Part shown: positions 47,201 through 55,780 of the stretch, one piece after another
Numbering within the stretch: position 1 is the first letter of the stretch
Layout of the letters: the number at the start of each line of letters is the position of its first letter
Assembly: GCA_963806225.1 (NCBI GenBank)
Contig: CAWDXG010000001.1
Location: forward strand, 256,001 to 320,000
Source: an uncultured delta proteobacterium
GTDB lineage: Bacteria > Myxococcota_A > Polyangia > Polyangiales > Polyangiaceae
DNA length: 64,000 bases
Reading direction: 5' to 3'
The notes under the pieces: generated by a model
What the model was told of the DNA's origin: nothing
The model's database searches: none
The model's input: the letters and a program-made list of their open reading frames with translations, nothing else
Made by a program: the position numbers and the translations under genes

Positions 47201-47674
47201 AGCAAGCAGGCGAAGGAACAGTACTCGCAGCAGATCGACGAATTCGTGGTGCCGATCGAGGAGCGGGCGCTCGAGGCCTACGAGAGCGGTTGGCTGAAGG
47301 CCAAGGAGCTCGGCATCTACAACTCCTGGACGGCCAAGATGCGCGCGGCACTCGGACGGCTGAACTCGGAGCTCTATCCCCCGCTCGAGGAAATCGGCTT
47401 CAAGTTGCGCGTGAAGGGCCCCTCGCCGATGCCTGTGCTCATCGACGGGCTGAGGCGCACCAAGCGGGGGGCCGCGGAGACGTATCTCATCACGCCGCCC
47501 AAGGTGGCCGAGGGCAAGGGCGACGCCAGCGCGGCGGCCAAGGCCGAGGCGGAAGTCGAGAAGGCGCGCGAGAACGACGACAGCGACCAGGACAAGCAGG
47601 ACGGGGACAAGAAGGACAAGGACAAGAAGGACAAGGGCAAGAAGGGCAAGCACAAGAAGGGGCACGGCCGATGA
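44255..47674 (+). CDS. Large secreted TPR protein, GltD (AgmU)/NfsD-like
   Basis: GTGA overlap; signal ending ARA-D; about 1140 aa of TPR repeats; ALFKSAWC, LILDSFN, EWTTASLYQIG, PIEERALEAY, YNSWT. Confidence 0.72.
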   Translation: MRAGVKPGAALLAALLSLGIVRVARADDPTPAMAGEKSEIKPVGERAIGKRERPTVKKRAEKSARDQRAYRVNLQIPQRLRALLEKKIDARISRDIAQEKQLRAKAHGLLAKFIAETPPGSPEMPEALLRIGELEWESARDDFLLKFHQWDKSPSDQRGPPPNPDYSRARARFLRVLKNYKTYRNYDLALYVDGFLANEEGKSQQAVDCFNKILSWFPQSRFVPDAHMFRAEYEFTKDFPNYQAAYEEYEKVLQYKHSELYDIALFKSAWCLWRLGRTDEAARRFLTVFKTATEKGAKAGHKRKAEIDELQREALKNLVAVFVEDEKNTAEDMYKFLVKAGGAKFAGKIVHALARAFYDQAHYERGIEAYRLLLKLEPADPTAYEHALSVAQGHSTMEEWKQLEKDYRWIIRDYTRPVAVKGKPAQGGVWTRSQTPATVAKAEAAIEKQIREDALGLHAKAQADKNSLAEYRWTAKLYEVYLSRFGKQKAAYEIYFNLAEIDFYHLGDDAGAADAYLAAVRLDPKGKLSRDALYNALSALESSRQKEFEAAKSSGKPAEETPTDKKLTEAMELYIKSYPDDPKIPELLFRQGKLYYDYGVYDPAVRQWGLLLEKFPKSKFSVGAGELILDSFNKSKDYQNIETWARRLKKAPAFQGAEQQARLDKLIVQAVFKQGEALGAKGEHKKAAQAYLRAAKEFPKEPRAAKAAVNAEVEARRSHNLGTLKAAAALLIKDHKRDPEAAQGLWIAATTYQSVGLYSQAADYDQTIVDSWPKYEHHKDAAYNAVLLRTTVGEHDKAIASGKQYTHYYSRDPDADEVVFLMGKAHEKAKKWKDAEALYSRYSRTARNANARIEALVRLATVRVKLKDERGAASALRSAMNVYKLHKGHLSDDGKYFAAKARYMQGERILAEYEKVKIEGDVKQLKARLKKKSALLKGAADTFLDTAKMGVAEWTTASLYQIGFTYESFSKALENSPPPASLSKQAKEQYSQQIDEFVVPIEERALEAYESGWLKAKELGIYNSWTAKMRAALGRLNSELYPPLEEIGFKLRVKGPSPMPVLIDGLRRTKRGAAETYLITPPKVAEGKGDASAAAKAEAEVEKARENDDSDQDKQDGDKKDKDKKDKGKKGKHKKGHGR

Positions 47675-48762
47675 AGCGCCTGATCCTGCCCGCTCTCGCC
47701 TCGTTCCTGTTGCTCGCCTGTGGCGGTTCGGCGAAGAAGGTCGAGTCGCCCACGCTGCCGCCGGCAAACCCCCACGCGCTCAACACCATGGAGCAGGGCG
47801 TCCAGGCGGCCAAGCAGCCGGGCGGCGGGAAGAAGGCCATTGGCCTGTTCCGGTCGGCGGTGAAGACGGATCCGCATCTGTGGGAGGCCCGCTACAACCT
47901 GGGAGTGCTGCTCGCGGAGCAGGGCGAGCTAGCTCCGGCGGAGAAGCAGCTCGCCGAGGCCATCAAGCTTGCGCCCAACGCCGAGGACGTGGTCGTGGCG
48001 CTGGCCGAGGTGCGACGCCGGCGCGGCGACGCCTCCGGCGCTGCCGACGTGCTCGACCACTTCGTCAAGGCCCACCCGCAGGCGATTGCAGCCCGCATTG
48101 CCCTGGTCAGCGCGCTGCGCGACAGCAACAAGCTGGACGAAGCCATCAAGCAGGCGCGCGAAGTCCTGGTGCGCCGCCCCAACGATCCGAACGCGCTGGC
48201 GGAGCTGGCGCTCACCCACGTGGCCCGCGGCGATATGGACACGGCGGAGCTGCTCAGCGAAGAGTCGCTCAAGGGCCAGAAAAGCGCGGTCGCGGAACGT
48301 ACGGCGGGTCTCATCGCGCTGAAGCGGGGCGACGATGCCATCGCGTTCAAGCACTTCGAGACGGCGAGCCAGCTCGATCCGAAGGACACCACCGCACGCA
48401 TGAACATCGGGACGGTGCTGCTCGAGGCCGGTGTCTACGATCGGGCCGAGCACGAGTTCCGCGCGGTTCTGGAGATCAAGCCCGACGACATCCCGGCCAC
48501 GATCGGGCTCGCGGCGGCGCTGAGGGGCCAGGGCAAGCGCGACAACAAGGCGCCCTACCAGGAAGCGGAGAAACTACTGAAGGGCGTTCTCGCGCGTGAG
48601 CCCGACAATCTGGCTGCGAACTACAACCTCGGCGTCCTGTACGCGGACTTTCTGCAGCAGCCGGAGAAGGCCAAGCCGCTGTTCAAGCGTTTCCTCTCCG
48701 ACGCGCCCGACAACCACCCGGCGCGCGCCAAGGCAAAGAAGAAGCTCGCGGCCATCAAGTAG
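47671..48762 (+). CDS. TPR lipoprotein, GltE (AglT)/NfsE-like
   Basis: ATGA overlap; MKRLILPALASFLLLAC lipobox; EARYNLGVL, RMNIGTV, IGLAAALRG, NYNLGVLY. Confidence 0.72.
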   Translation: MKRLILPALASFLLLACGGSAKKVESPTLPPANPHALNTMEQGVQAAKQPGGGKKAIGLFRSAVKTDPHLWEARYNLGVLLAEQGELAPAEKQLAEAIKLAPNAEDVVVALAEVRRRRGDASGAADVLDHFVKAHPQAIAARIALVSALRDSNKLDEAIKQAREVLVRRPNDPNALAELALTHVARGDMDTAELLSEESLKGQKSAVAERTAGLIALKRGDDAIAFKHFETASQLDPKDTTARMNIGTVLLEAGVYDRAEHEFRAVLEIKPDDIPATIGLAAALRGQGKRDNKAPYQEAEKLLKGVLAREPDNLAANYNLGVLYADFLQQPEKAKPLFKRFLSDAPDNHPARAKAKKKLAAIK

Positions 48763-48788
48763 GTTCGCGCCTCGTCGCGCCGAGCGAC

Positions 48789-49910
48789 CTACGGGCATGC
48801 CGCGTTGCTGTCGACGCAGATCAGCGCGCCTCCGCTCCCGACACAGCACGCGGGGTTGCCGGTGTCCACGATGACTTTGCACGCGGGGCAGGGACACGTG
48901 ACACAGCCCACAGCAGGGGCGTAGTCCCGGCAGCTGCCCTGGACGCAGATCCGGTTGCGGGCGCACGCCTGTCCGCACTGGCCGCAGTCCAGGTTGCTGG
49001 TCTGCGTGTCGACGCACGATGTCCCGTTGTTGCACGCGGTGAGCCCGCCCGTGCAGCCTCCGGTCTGGCAGGTGCCCCCCTGACACACCTCACCGCTCTT
49101 GCAGCTGTGGGTGCACGAGCCGCAGTGGTTCGGGTCCGAGCTCGTGTCGACGCACTGCTGGTAGCAGGCGGTCAGCCCCGATCGGCAGCCGCAATTGCCA
49201 TTGATGCACATCTGATCGGCGTTGCACTGCTTGCTGCACGAGCCGCAGTGGCTCGCGTCGTTCTGCAGATCGATGCAGCGGTTGCCGCCGCAGGTCTGCA
49301 TCCCGAGGGGGCACTGGCACTGGCCGTTCTGGCACGTGCTGCCGATGCCGCAGCTGTGCCCGCACGTGCCGCAGTCGGTCATGCTGTTCTGCAGGTCGAC
49401 GCAGTGGCCGTTGCAGACCGAACCGCCAGGGCAGGCGCAGCTCCCGCTCACGCAGGCCGGCGCGGCGGGATCCTGACAGTCGCTCGGCGAAAGGCACTGC
49501 ACACACTGCTGGGTCTTCGGGTCGCACAGCGGCGTGGCACCCTGGCATATGCCGCAGCCGGTGCCGGCTTCGACGACTCCGCTGTCCGCCTGCGTGCCGC
49601 CCGTACCACCCGCGCTGCCGCCAGCGGTCCCGCCGCTGTCGGCCGTGCCGGCTCCGGCGTCGGCGCCCGCGCTCGCGCCGGCGCCGCCCGTTCCCGTTGC
49701 GCCGCCCGTTCCCGTTGCGCCGCCCGTTCCCCCCGCGCCCGCCGTTCCGCCCGCCCCAGCAGTGCCTGTTGCGCCTCCCGTTCCGGTCGCGGATGCGAAC
49801 TGGGCGCTGCTGCAGCCGACGGCAAGAGCCACGGCCAGGCCTGCGCTCCACAGCGCGTGGAGCCGCGTCTGCGCGCGGCTCGCCGCGCGCTCTCGAGATG
49901 ATTCAAGCAA
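48789..49910 (-). CDS. Cys-rich repeat lipoprotein (MXAN_6577-like/Stig1-like repeats)
   Basis: Lipobox AVGC; Gly/Thr linker; four C[VI]D......[DH]CG.C...C.....C..G.C repeats. Confidence 0.82.
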   Translation of the reverse strand: MLESSRERAASRAQTRLHALWSAGLAVALAVGCSSAQFASATGTGGATGTAGAGGTAGAGGTGGATGTGGATGTGGAGASAGADAGAGTADSGGTAGGSAGGTGGTQADSGVVEAGTGCGICQGATPLCDPKTQQCVQCLSPSDCQDPAAPACVSGSCACPGGSVCNGHCVDLQNSMTDCGTCGHSCGIGSTCQNGQCQCPLGMQTCGGNRCIDLQNDASHCGSCSKQCNADQMCINGNCGCRSGLTACYQQCVDTSSDPNHCGSCTHSCKSGEVCQGGTCQTGGCTGGLTACNNGTSCVDTQTSNLDCGQCGQACARNRICVQGSCRDYAPAVGCVTCPCPACKVIVDTGNPACCVGSGGALICVDSNAACP

Positions 49911-50036
49911 GCAGTCCTCCTGGGTCCGGAAGCTGGCGTTATTGAATGGAAGTCACCGCAGGGGAGCGCGAGCAGGCAGCGCGGACGTCGATTCGCGGCT
50001 TGCCAGGCCGCTTCCGCGATGCAAGGTGTTGTCGTG

Positions 50037-50687
50037 ATGCGGACGAAGCTGGTTTTCATTGCCCTGGCCGGTCTGACGGTCGGCTGCGCCAAGAACGGCC
50101 CGGCGCGCTCGCCCGACGGCGGCTCGCAGGCGTTCGCGGCCGAGCCCGTGTCGGTGCCTGCGCCTCCCCCGGCTGCGCCACCCGCGGCCTCTGCGAGTCC
50201 GGCGCCGCCACCCTCCGCCAGCGCTCCGCCTGCGGAGGCTCCCGCCGGCAGCTGCCGCACCCGGACCGCCCGGGCCCAGCGCGACATCGTGGGCAGCGAG
50301 CGCACCCAGAGCGGCGCGATGGAGCCCGTGCTCGACCTGGTGCCGGGCGACGAGCTCTGCGTCGAGACGCAGAAGAAGCACTGGCAGCTCGTGGGGCTCG
50401 GGCTGGTGCCGACGGCCGCGCATCCCGATCGCACGCTCTCTGTCACGCTGACCAGAGACAGCGGCCAGGGCGCCACGCTGCACATCGTAAATCCCTACAA
50501 CATGATGCTGCACTACAGCCTGGAAGTCCTGCGCCCGGGCAAGACGAAGCGCGAGCACGCCGTTGCGTGTCCGGTGGAGCCCGGAAAGTCGAAGGACACC
50601 GAGTTCAAGGGCGAGGTGGGCCACGTGTTCGTGTCGAACCTGCACCTCAAGGGCCCCGGCACCGCCGGCTCGATGCTCTGCCAGTAG
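50037..50687 (+). CDS. Hypothetical lipoprotein with Pro-rich linker
   Basis: MRTKLVFIALAGLTVGC lipobox; small beta-rich domain with four Cys. Confidence 0.7.
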   Translation: MRTKLVFIALAGLTVGCAKNGPARSPDGGSQAFAAEPVSVPAPPPAAPPAASASPAPPPSASAPPAEAPAGSCRTRTARAQRDIVGSERTQSGAMEPVLDLVPGDELCVETQKKHWQLVGLGLVPTAAHPDRTLSVTLTRDSGQGATLHIVNPYNMMLHYSLEVLRPGKTKREHAVACPVEPGKSKDTEFKGEVGHVFVSNLHLKGPGTAGSMLCQ

Positions 50688-50744
50688 CCCCGCGCTCGCG
50701 TCCACCCGCGGTGCCCGCGGTGATAGCCTGTGCGCGCCGGCATC

Positions 50745-52373
50745 ATGGGCGACGCGGACACAAGGGACCCCGAGGTGGACGACTCGCGGATCCACGCGCT
50801 GGAGCAGGAGCTCTCGAGCCCGCGCCCGCATCCCATCGCGCGGTTCCTGTCGTGGGGCGAAAGCTACGTGCTGGTGCGCTTCGCGCTGCTCCGGCTCCTG
50901 GGGTTGGTGTATCTCGTGGCGTTTCTGGTCACGCTGCTGCAGTTCCGCCCGCTCATCGGGAGCGACGGTCTCGAGCCAGCCGGGCTGTTTCTCCAGCGCG
51001 TGCGCGCGGTCTTCGGGCCAGGCAAGGCCGTCTGGAAACTACCGACGCTGTTCTGGATCGACTCGTCCGATCGCGCGATCGCCATCGTCGCCTGCGTCGG
51101 CGTGGCACTCGCCTTGGCGGTGCTCGTCGGCGTGACCAACGCGGCGGTCATGTTCGTGCTGTGGATTCTCTATTTCTCCATCCTCCACATCGGGCAGACC
51201 TTCTACGGCTACGGCTGGGAGATGCAGCTCTGCGAAACGGGCTTCATCGCCATCTTCCTGTGCCCGCTCGGGACGCTTGGACCCTTCCGCGCGCGCGCAC
51301 CGCCTCCGATCATCATCCTGCTCTTCCGCTGGCTGATCTTCCGCATCATGCTCGGTGCAGGGCTCATCAAGCTGCGCGGCGATCGCTGCTGGAAGAACCT
51401 GACCTGTCTCCAGTACCACTGGGAAACCCAGCCGATCCCGAATCCCATCAGTTGGCTCCTGAATGCGGCTCCGGCCTGGTTCGACAAGGTCGGTGCGGCC
51501 GTGAACCACCTGGTCGAGGTGGGCGCGCCGTGGCTCGCGTTCGGTCCGCGCCGCGCGAGGATCGTCGCCGGCTGTCTGTTCATCGGCTTCCAGTGCTTCC
51601 TGATCCTGAGCGGCAACCTGTCGTTCCTGAACTGGCTGACGATCGTGCCGGCGCTGGCTTGTTTCGACGACCGCGCGCTGATCCGCGTGGTGCCGCGAGG
51701 TGTCCGCTTCCGGGTTTCCGAACGCTTCGGTCTCGACGAGGCAGGCCGTGCCACCGAGGCACTCCTGCCGCCGACGAAATGGCATCGCGGTGCGGCGTGG
51801 GGCTACGCGCTGGTGGTCGGCTTTCTCAGCATGAGCCCCATCGTCAACCTCACGAGCAGCCGCCAGGCGATGAACACCAGCTTCGACCCGCTCGATCTGG
51901 TCAATACGTACGGTGCGTTCGGCTCGGTCAACCGCAGGCGCTACGAGGTCGTGATCGAGGGCACGAGCGACCCGCGGATCGACGCGCACACCCAGTGGAA
52001 GGAGTACGAGTTCCCGTGCAAGCCCGGCGACCCTGATCGCGCGCCGTGCTTCATCAGCCCGTACCACGAGCGGCTCGACTGGCAGATGTGGTTCGCGGCC
52101 TTCTCGCCCGTCAGGAGCCAGCCGTGGATCGTGCATCTGGCTGCGAAACTGCTCGAGGGCGACCCTCTCATCGACACGCTGCTCGCGCGCGATCCCTTCC
52201 CCGCCACGCCGCCAGTGTGGGTCCGTGCCCAGCTCTACCGCTACCAGTTCACGCGGCCCGGCGACGGCAAGGCCTGGTGGCACCGCACCCTGGTCGGCCC
52301 GTACCTGCCGCCCTTGAAGCGGGACTCGCCGGCTCTACAGGCGTTCATGCGCGCCCACGGCTGGACGCACTAG
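50745..52373 (+). CDS. Lipase maturation factor (LMF) family membrane protein
   Basis: LRLLGLVYLVAF, GQTFYGYGWEMQLCETG, FRIMLGAGLIKLRGD, YHWETQPIPNP, SGNLSFLNWLT, NTYGAFGS, PYHERLDWQMWFAA. Confidence 0.93.
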   Translation: MGDADTRDPEVDDSRIHALEQELSSPRPHPIARFLSWGESYVLVRFALLRLLGLVYLVAFLVTLLQFRPLIGSDGLEPAGLFLQRVRAVFGPGKAVWKLPTLFWIDSSDRAIAIVACVGVALALAVLVGVTNAAVMFVLWILYFSILHIGQTFYGYGWEMQLCETGFIAIFLCPLGTLGPFRARAPPPIIILLFRWLIFRIMLGAGLIKLRGDRCWKNLTCLQYHWETQPIPNPISWLLNAAPAWFDKVGAAVNHLVEVGAPWLAFGPRRARIVAGCLFIGFQCFLILSGNLSFLNWLTIVPALACFDDRALIRVVPRGVRFRVSERFGLDEAGRATEALLPPTKWHRGAAWGYALVVGFLSMSPIVNLTSSRQAMNTSFDPLDLVNTYGAFGSVNRRRYEVVIEGTSDPRIDAHTQWKEYEFPCKPGDPDRAPCFISPYHERLDWQMWFAAFSPVRSQPWIVHLAAKLLEGDPLIDTLLARDPFPATPPVWVRAQLYRYQFTRPGDGKAWWHRTLVGPYLPPLKRDSPALQAFMRAHGWTH

Positions 52374-52400
52374 GGTTGGCGCGAGCTGAACGGCGTGCGC

Positions 52401-52748
52401 TCACCGCTTCCAGACGACCGCCGTGCCCCGGATGTTCCAGACCAGGACGCCGTCGCCGTTTCGCCCCTGCGTCTCGACAACGTCCACGACTGCATCGGCC
52501 CCTACCTCGCAGGCCTTGTTGATGAGCCAGTGGCGCAAGTCCTTGTCGGGCTCGTCCCACTTGCCCGAAAAATCGCGAAGCACCTGGTACTCACCAGGTG
52601 AAGCCTGACCGGGAGGGAACAGCTTCACGTGCCCACATCCCGCGTTGATGTCTGGCCACCGCGCTCCGCCTCCGCTGGAGTCGCAACCGGCCAGGGTCAG
52701 CGCCACCGCCACGAGAGAGACATGAATCCACAAGTTCGATCTCGTCAT
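52401..52748 (-). CDS. Small hypothetical lipoprotein (YbjQ-like fold possible)
   Basis: LAGC lipobox; KACEVGADAVV...GTAVVW motif. Confidence 0.7.
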   Translation of the reverse strand: MTRSNLWIHVSLVAVALTLAGCDSSGGGARWPDINAGCGHVKLFPPGQASPGEYQVLRDFSGKWDEPDKDLRHWLINKACEVGADAVVDVVETQGRNGDGVLVWNIRGTAVVWKR

Positions 52749-52832
52749 TCTTCTCGCCGGGCAGCATAGCGGGAAGTGAAGCCATCAAGCTAGCCCCGGA
52801 ACAACCTCGCAGAACAGGGATCATGCAAATTT

Positions 52833-52900
52833 GATTCCCGGTGGTTATGCGTTGAATTTGCGGTGATTGCGAGCCGCGGGCAACCTGACCACCGGGAATC
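52833..52900 (+). ncRNA. Candidate structured RNA or palindromic element (long hairpin)
   Basis: 13-bp perfect stem GATTCCCGGTGGT/ACCACCGGGAATC enclosing further G-U-rich helices; no family recognised. Confidence 0.4.
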
Positions 52901-53012
52901 GGCGTATGTAATCGCCTCTGTGCCCTGGCGCCGCTACTTCGGAGTTCCGCCATTCCCCGAACCTGCGCCGCCCACGCCAGGCCGGGACAACTGCCCGCCG
53001 AGTGCGCGTGCT

Positions 53013-55499
53013 TCAGCGCACCACGATGGAGAGCGCGCGGTCGGCGGCTCCGCCCTTCACGTCGAGGGTGGCCTTGCCGCCGTCGAGGACGAGCTTGCCC
53101 GGGCCGGTCACGTCAATCGTGCCGCTGTTGATGACGACGCTCTGGCCGTTCCAGGTGGCGCTCGACGGTGCGGTAGCGAGCTTGTCCGCCTGCCACGAGT
53201 ACGAGAGTCCGCCGGCTTCCGTCCAGTCGCTGCTGCCGCCGGGGTAGAGCCACAGTACGCGGTCGTCCTTCACGTCGGCGAGCGTCACCGTGCCGGTGGC
53301 TGGCTTCGCGGCAACCAGCGTGTCGACAGTGTCGGGTAGCAGCACCAGCACCGAGCCGGCTGGCACGAACACGGGGATCTGGTCGAGCGGCGCGGCCGCG
53401 CTCGTCGTGCCGCCGCCGTCGGGGATCGTCGTCGGCTTGCCGCCCTCGAGCGGATAGAACGTGCCGCCCGGCAGCTGCACGTCGCGCTTCGTGGCGCCCT
53501 GCTTGACCACCGGCGCGACGATCAGCCGGTCACCGAGCATGTACTCGTCGGTCATGCTCCAGCCGGGCGAAAAGTCCGGATAGTTGTAGGCGAGGGGCCG
53601 CATCATCGGCGTGCCCTTGTCGGAGGCTTGCTTCGCCAGCCCGTCCAGATAGGGGAACAGCTGGATGTGCAGCTTGGCGTAGCGCTTGAAGAGCGCGATC
53701 GTCGCCGCGTCCTTTTCCCAGTTCCAGTTCGCCTGCGCGCTCTTGCCGTGGTGCGTGCGCATCACCGGCGAGAAGGCGCCGAGCTCCGTCCAGCGGAAGA
53801 ACAGCTCCTTCGTGCTCGGCTGCGTGCCCTGGCTCATGTAGCCGGCAATGTCGCTGCCGAAGTAGGGAAAGCCCGTGACGCCCAGCCCGATCCCCATCGG
53901 GATCACGCTCGGCAGGCCGTCGCCGTCGCTGAAATCGGTCTGCTGATCGCCACCCCACACCACGCTAACCAGCGGCTGCGAGCCGACGTATGCCGATCGC
54001 ACGAAGAACAGCCGGTCGACGCCGTCGGCCTTGTGCATCGAGTCGAATAGCTGCTTGTTCAGGCGCTGGAAATCCACCGGGTACAGGTTGTGGCGCGCCT
54101 CGGCGCTGTCGCCGGAGGCGAGCTTGGCGTCCGTGGGCAGCCACTCGCCGTAGTCCGCCATGTAGCCGTCGGCGCCCAGATCCAGTCCCTCCTTGTACTT
54201 CTTCTTCACCCAGGCCACCGCGTCCGGGTTCGACAGATCCGCCATCGAGGTGTCGTGGAACTTCACGCCGCTGAACAGATACGGCTTTCCCGCGTCGTCC
54301 TTGATCGTGTAGCCGCCCTTCACCGCTTCCTGGTAGACGGGCTCGGTGCTGTCGAGGAAGGTGTTGTTGTAGGTGAAGAACTTGTAGCCCTCGTCGTGCA
54401 GGTCGCTCGCCACCTGCTCGAAGTCCGGATAGAGGTTGCGGTCCACCTCCCAGCTCTCGCTCAGCGTGTAGCCGAGGCCGTCCTTCGCCCCGCCGCGCCA
54501 GTCCTCGGTCCAGATCACGGACGCCGGGACGTCGTTGCCGCGCAGCGCCTGGGCGACATCGCGCACGTTCTGCGAGCCGTAGATCGCGTCGAGCCAGGGC
54601 GCGAAGGCGAAGGGCGGAGGGAGCGCCGGGCGGCCGACGGCGGCTGTCATCTTCTCGACGGTGGTCGCCGGATCGGGCCCGTAGAACAGCGTCACGTCCA
54701 GCTTGTTCTCCCAGGACTCGATGCGCACGGTGTGCTCGTTCCCGGAACACATGTCGAACTTCGAGTAGTAGGGCGTGTCCAGCAGCAGGCCGTAGCCGCG
54801 ATTGGTCACGTACATCGGTATCGGCGAGTGCGTGGTGTGGCGGCGGCCCTTCAGGTACCAGAGCCCCTGGATATCGTCGGTCGGCAGCTTGCCGATACCG
54901 TCCTCGCTCACCCAGATGGGCACCGTCTGCCCGCGCTGGTCCACGTCGAACGACTGCCCCCCGAATCCGATGAAGTGATCGTCCGCGTTGCACTTGAACG
55001 CCATGCTGGCGCGGTCGTCCGCGTCGCGGCCGGCCAGCACCAGGTGCAGGTTGCCGTCCGCCGTCGGTTCGATGCGGCCCTTGCCGAGTGCTCCGTGGCT
55101 GCCTTCTAGCGAGAAGGACAGGCTGCCGTCGGCGGCCTGCTTCACCGCGGCGAGCTTCGTGACGCCGCTCCAGGGATCCGCGTTGGTCTCCTCGATCTTG
55201 AAGGAGCCGAACATCATCTCGTAGCTGGCGTCGGCGTGGCGGAAGGCGGCGGCGATGTCGGGCGTGCCGCTTCCACCGCTGCCGCCCGGTAGCCCGTCGA
55301 TCAGCACCGTGCCGTCGGGGGCGGTGATCACGATGCGGGCGGGGTCGGTGTCGAGCTGGACGTCCAGGCCCCCGACGGTCCCGTGCACGGTCCTGCCGTG
55401 GCTGGCGCTGGAGCTGCAGGCGGGCAGGCACGACAGTGCCACCAACGGCGCCCAGAGCAGCACTCTGGAGCCGCGAGGGCGGGCGGGTGCAGGGCTCAT
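53013..55499 (-). CDS. Glycoside hydrolase family 31 lipoprotein, YihQ-like
   Basis: Lipobox LPAC; GFGGQ, GYMADYGEWLP nucleophile motif, WGGDQ acid/base motif, SDIAGY, ELFFRW, PVMRTH, YMLGDRLIVAPV. Confidence 0.9.
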   Translation of the reverse strand: MSPAPARPRGSRVLLWAPLVALSCLPACSSSASHGRTVHGTVGGLDVQLDTDPARIVITAPDGTVLIDGLPGGSGGSGTPDIAAAFRHADASYEMMFGSFKIEETNADPWSGVTKLAAVKQAADGSLSFSLEGSHGALGKGRIEPTADGNLHLVLAGRDADDRASMAFKCNADDHFIGFGGQSFDVDQRGQTVPIWVSEDGIGKLPTDDIQGLWYLKGRRHTTHSPIPMYVTNRGYGLLLDTPYYSKFDMCSGNEHTVRIESWENKLDVTLFYGPDPATTVEKMTAAVGRPALPPPFAFAPWLDAIYGSQNVRDVAQALRGNDVPASVIWTEDWRGGAKDGLGYTLSESWEVDRNLYPDFEQVASDLHDEGYKFFTYNNTFLDSTEPVYQEAVKGGYTIKDDAGKPYLFSGVKFHDTSMADLSNPDAVAWVKKKYKEGLDLGADGYMADYGEWLPTDAKLASGDSAEARHNLYPVDFQRLNKQLFDSMHKADGVDRLFFVRSAYVGSQPLVSVVWGGDQQTDFSDGDGLPSVIPMGIGLGVTGFPYFGSDIAGYMSQGTQPSTKELFFRWTELGAFSPVMRTHHGKSAQANWNWEKDAATIALFKRYAKLHIQLFPYLDGLAKQASDKGTPMMRPLAYNYPDFSPGWSMTDEYMLGDRLIVAPVVKQGATKRDVQLPGGTFYPLEGGKPTTIPDGGGTTSAAAPLDQIPVFVPAGSVLVLLPDTVDTLVAAKPATGTVTLADVKDDRVLWLYPGGSSDWTEAGGLSYSWQADKLATAPSSATWNGQSVVINSGTIDVTGPGKLVLDGGKATLDVKGGAADRALSIVVR

Positions 55500-55585
55500 C
55501 CAGCAATTTCTACCGCATCCGACCAGCGTGGCGATATGGCGCCGCTCCACCACGCCGCGCCAGAGTGCGGCGTCCGTGGGGCAGG

Positions 55586-55626
55586 CTGCCCGCCGCCCGG
55601 CTTTTCCCGGGGCTGGCGGCGGGCAG
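55586..55626. repeat. 12-bp perfect inverted repeat in a divergent intergenic region
   Basis: CTGCCCGCCGCC ... GGCGGCGGGCAG. Confidence 0.45.
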
Positions 55627-55780
55627 GCCATGTTCCGGGAGGCGGCAATCGCCGCGTTTCTCCCAGGAGATCAGCAGGTTATGGCTCCGATAGCCGCGCC
55701 CTGCCGTTCCGGGTGCGCATTTTGCTTCGGGAGTGCGGACTTGCGCCCTGACAGCACCTGTTGCCACGCTGGGCCCCGCG

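Noticed and set aside
52833..52900. Integron attC site
   Set aside because: No properly placed RYYYAAC/GTTRRRY terminal boxes, no cassette array and no integrase in the window
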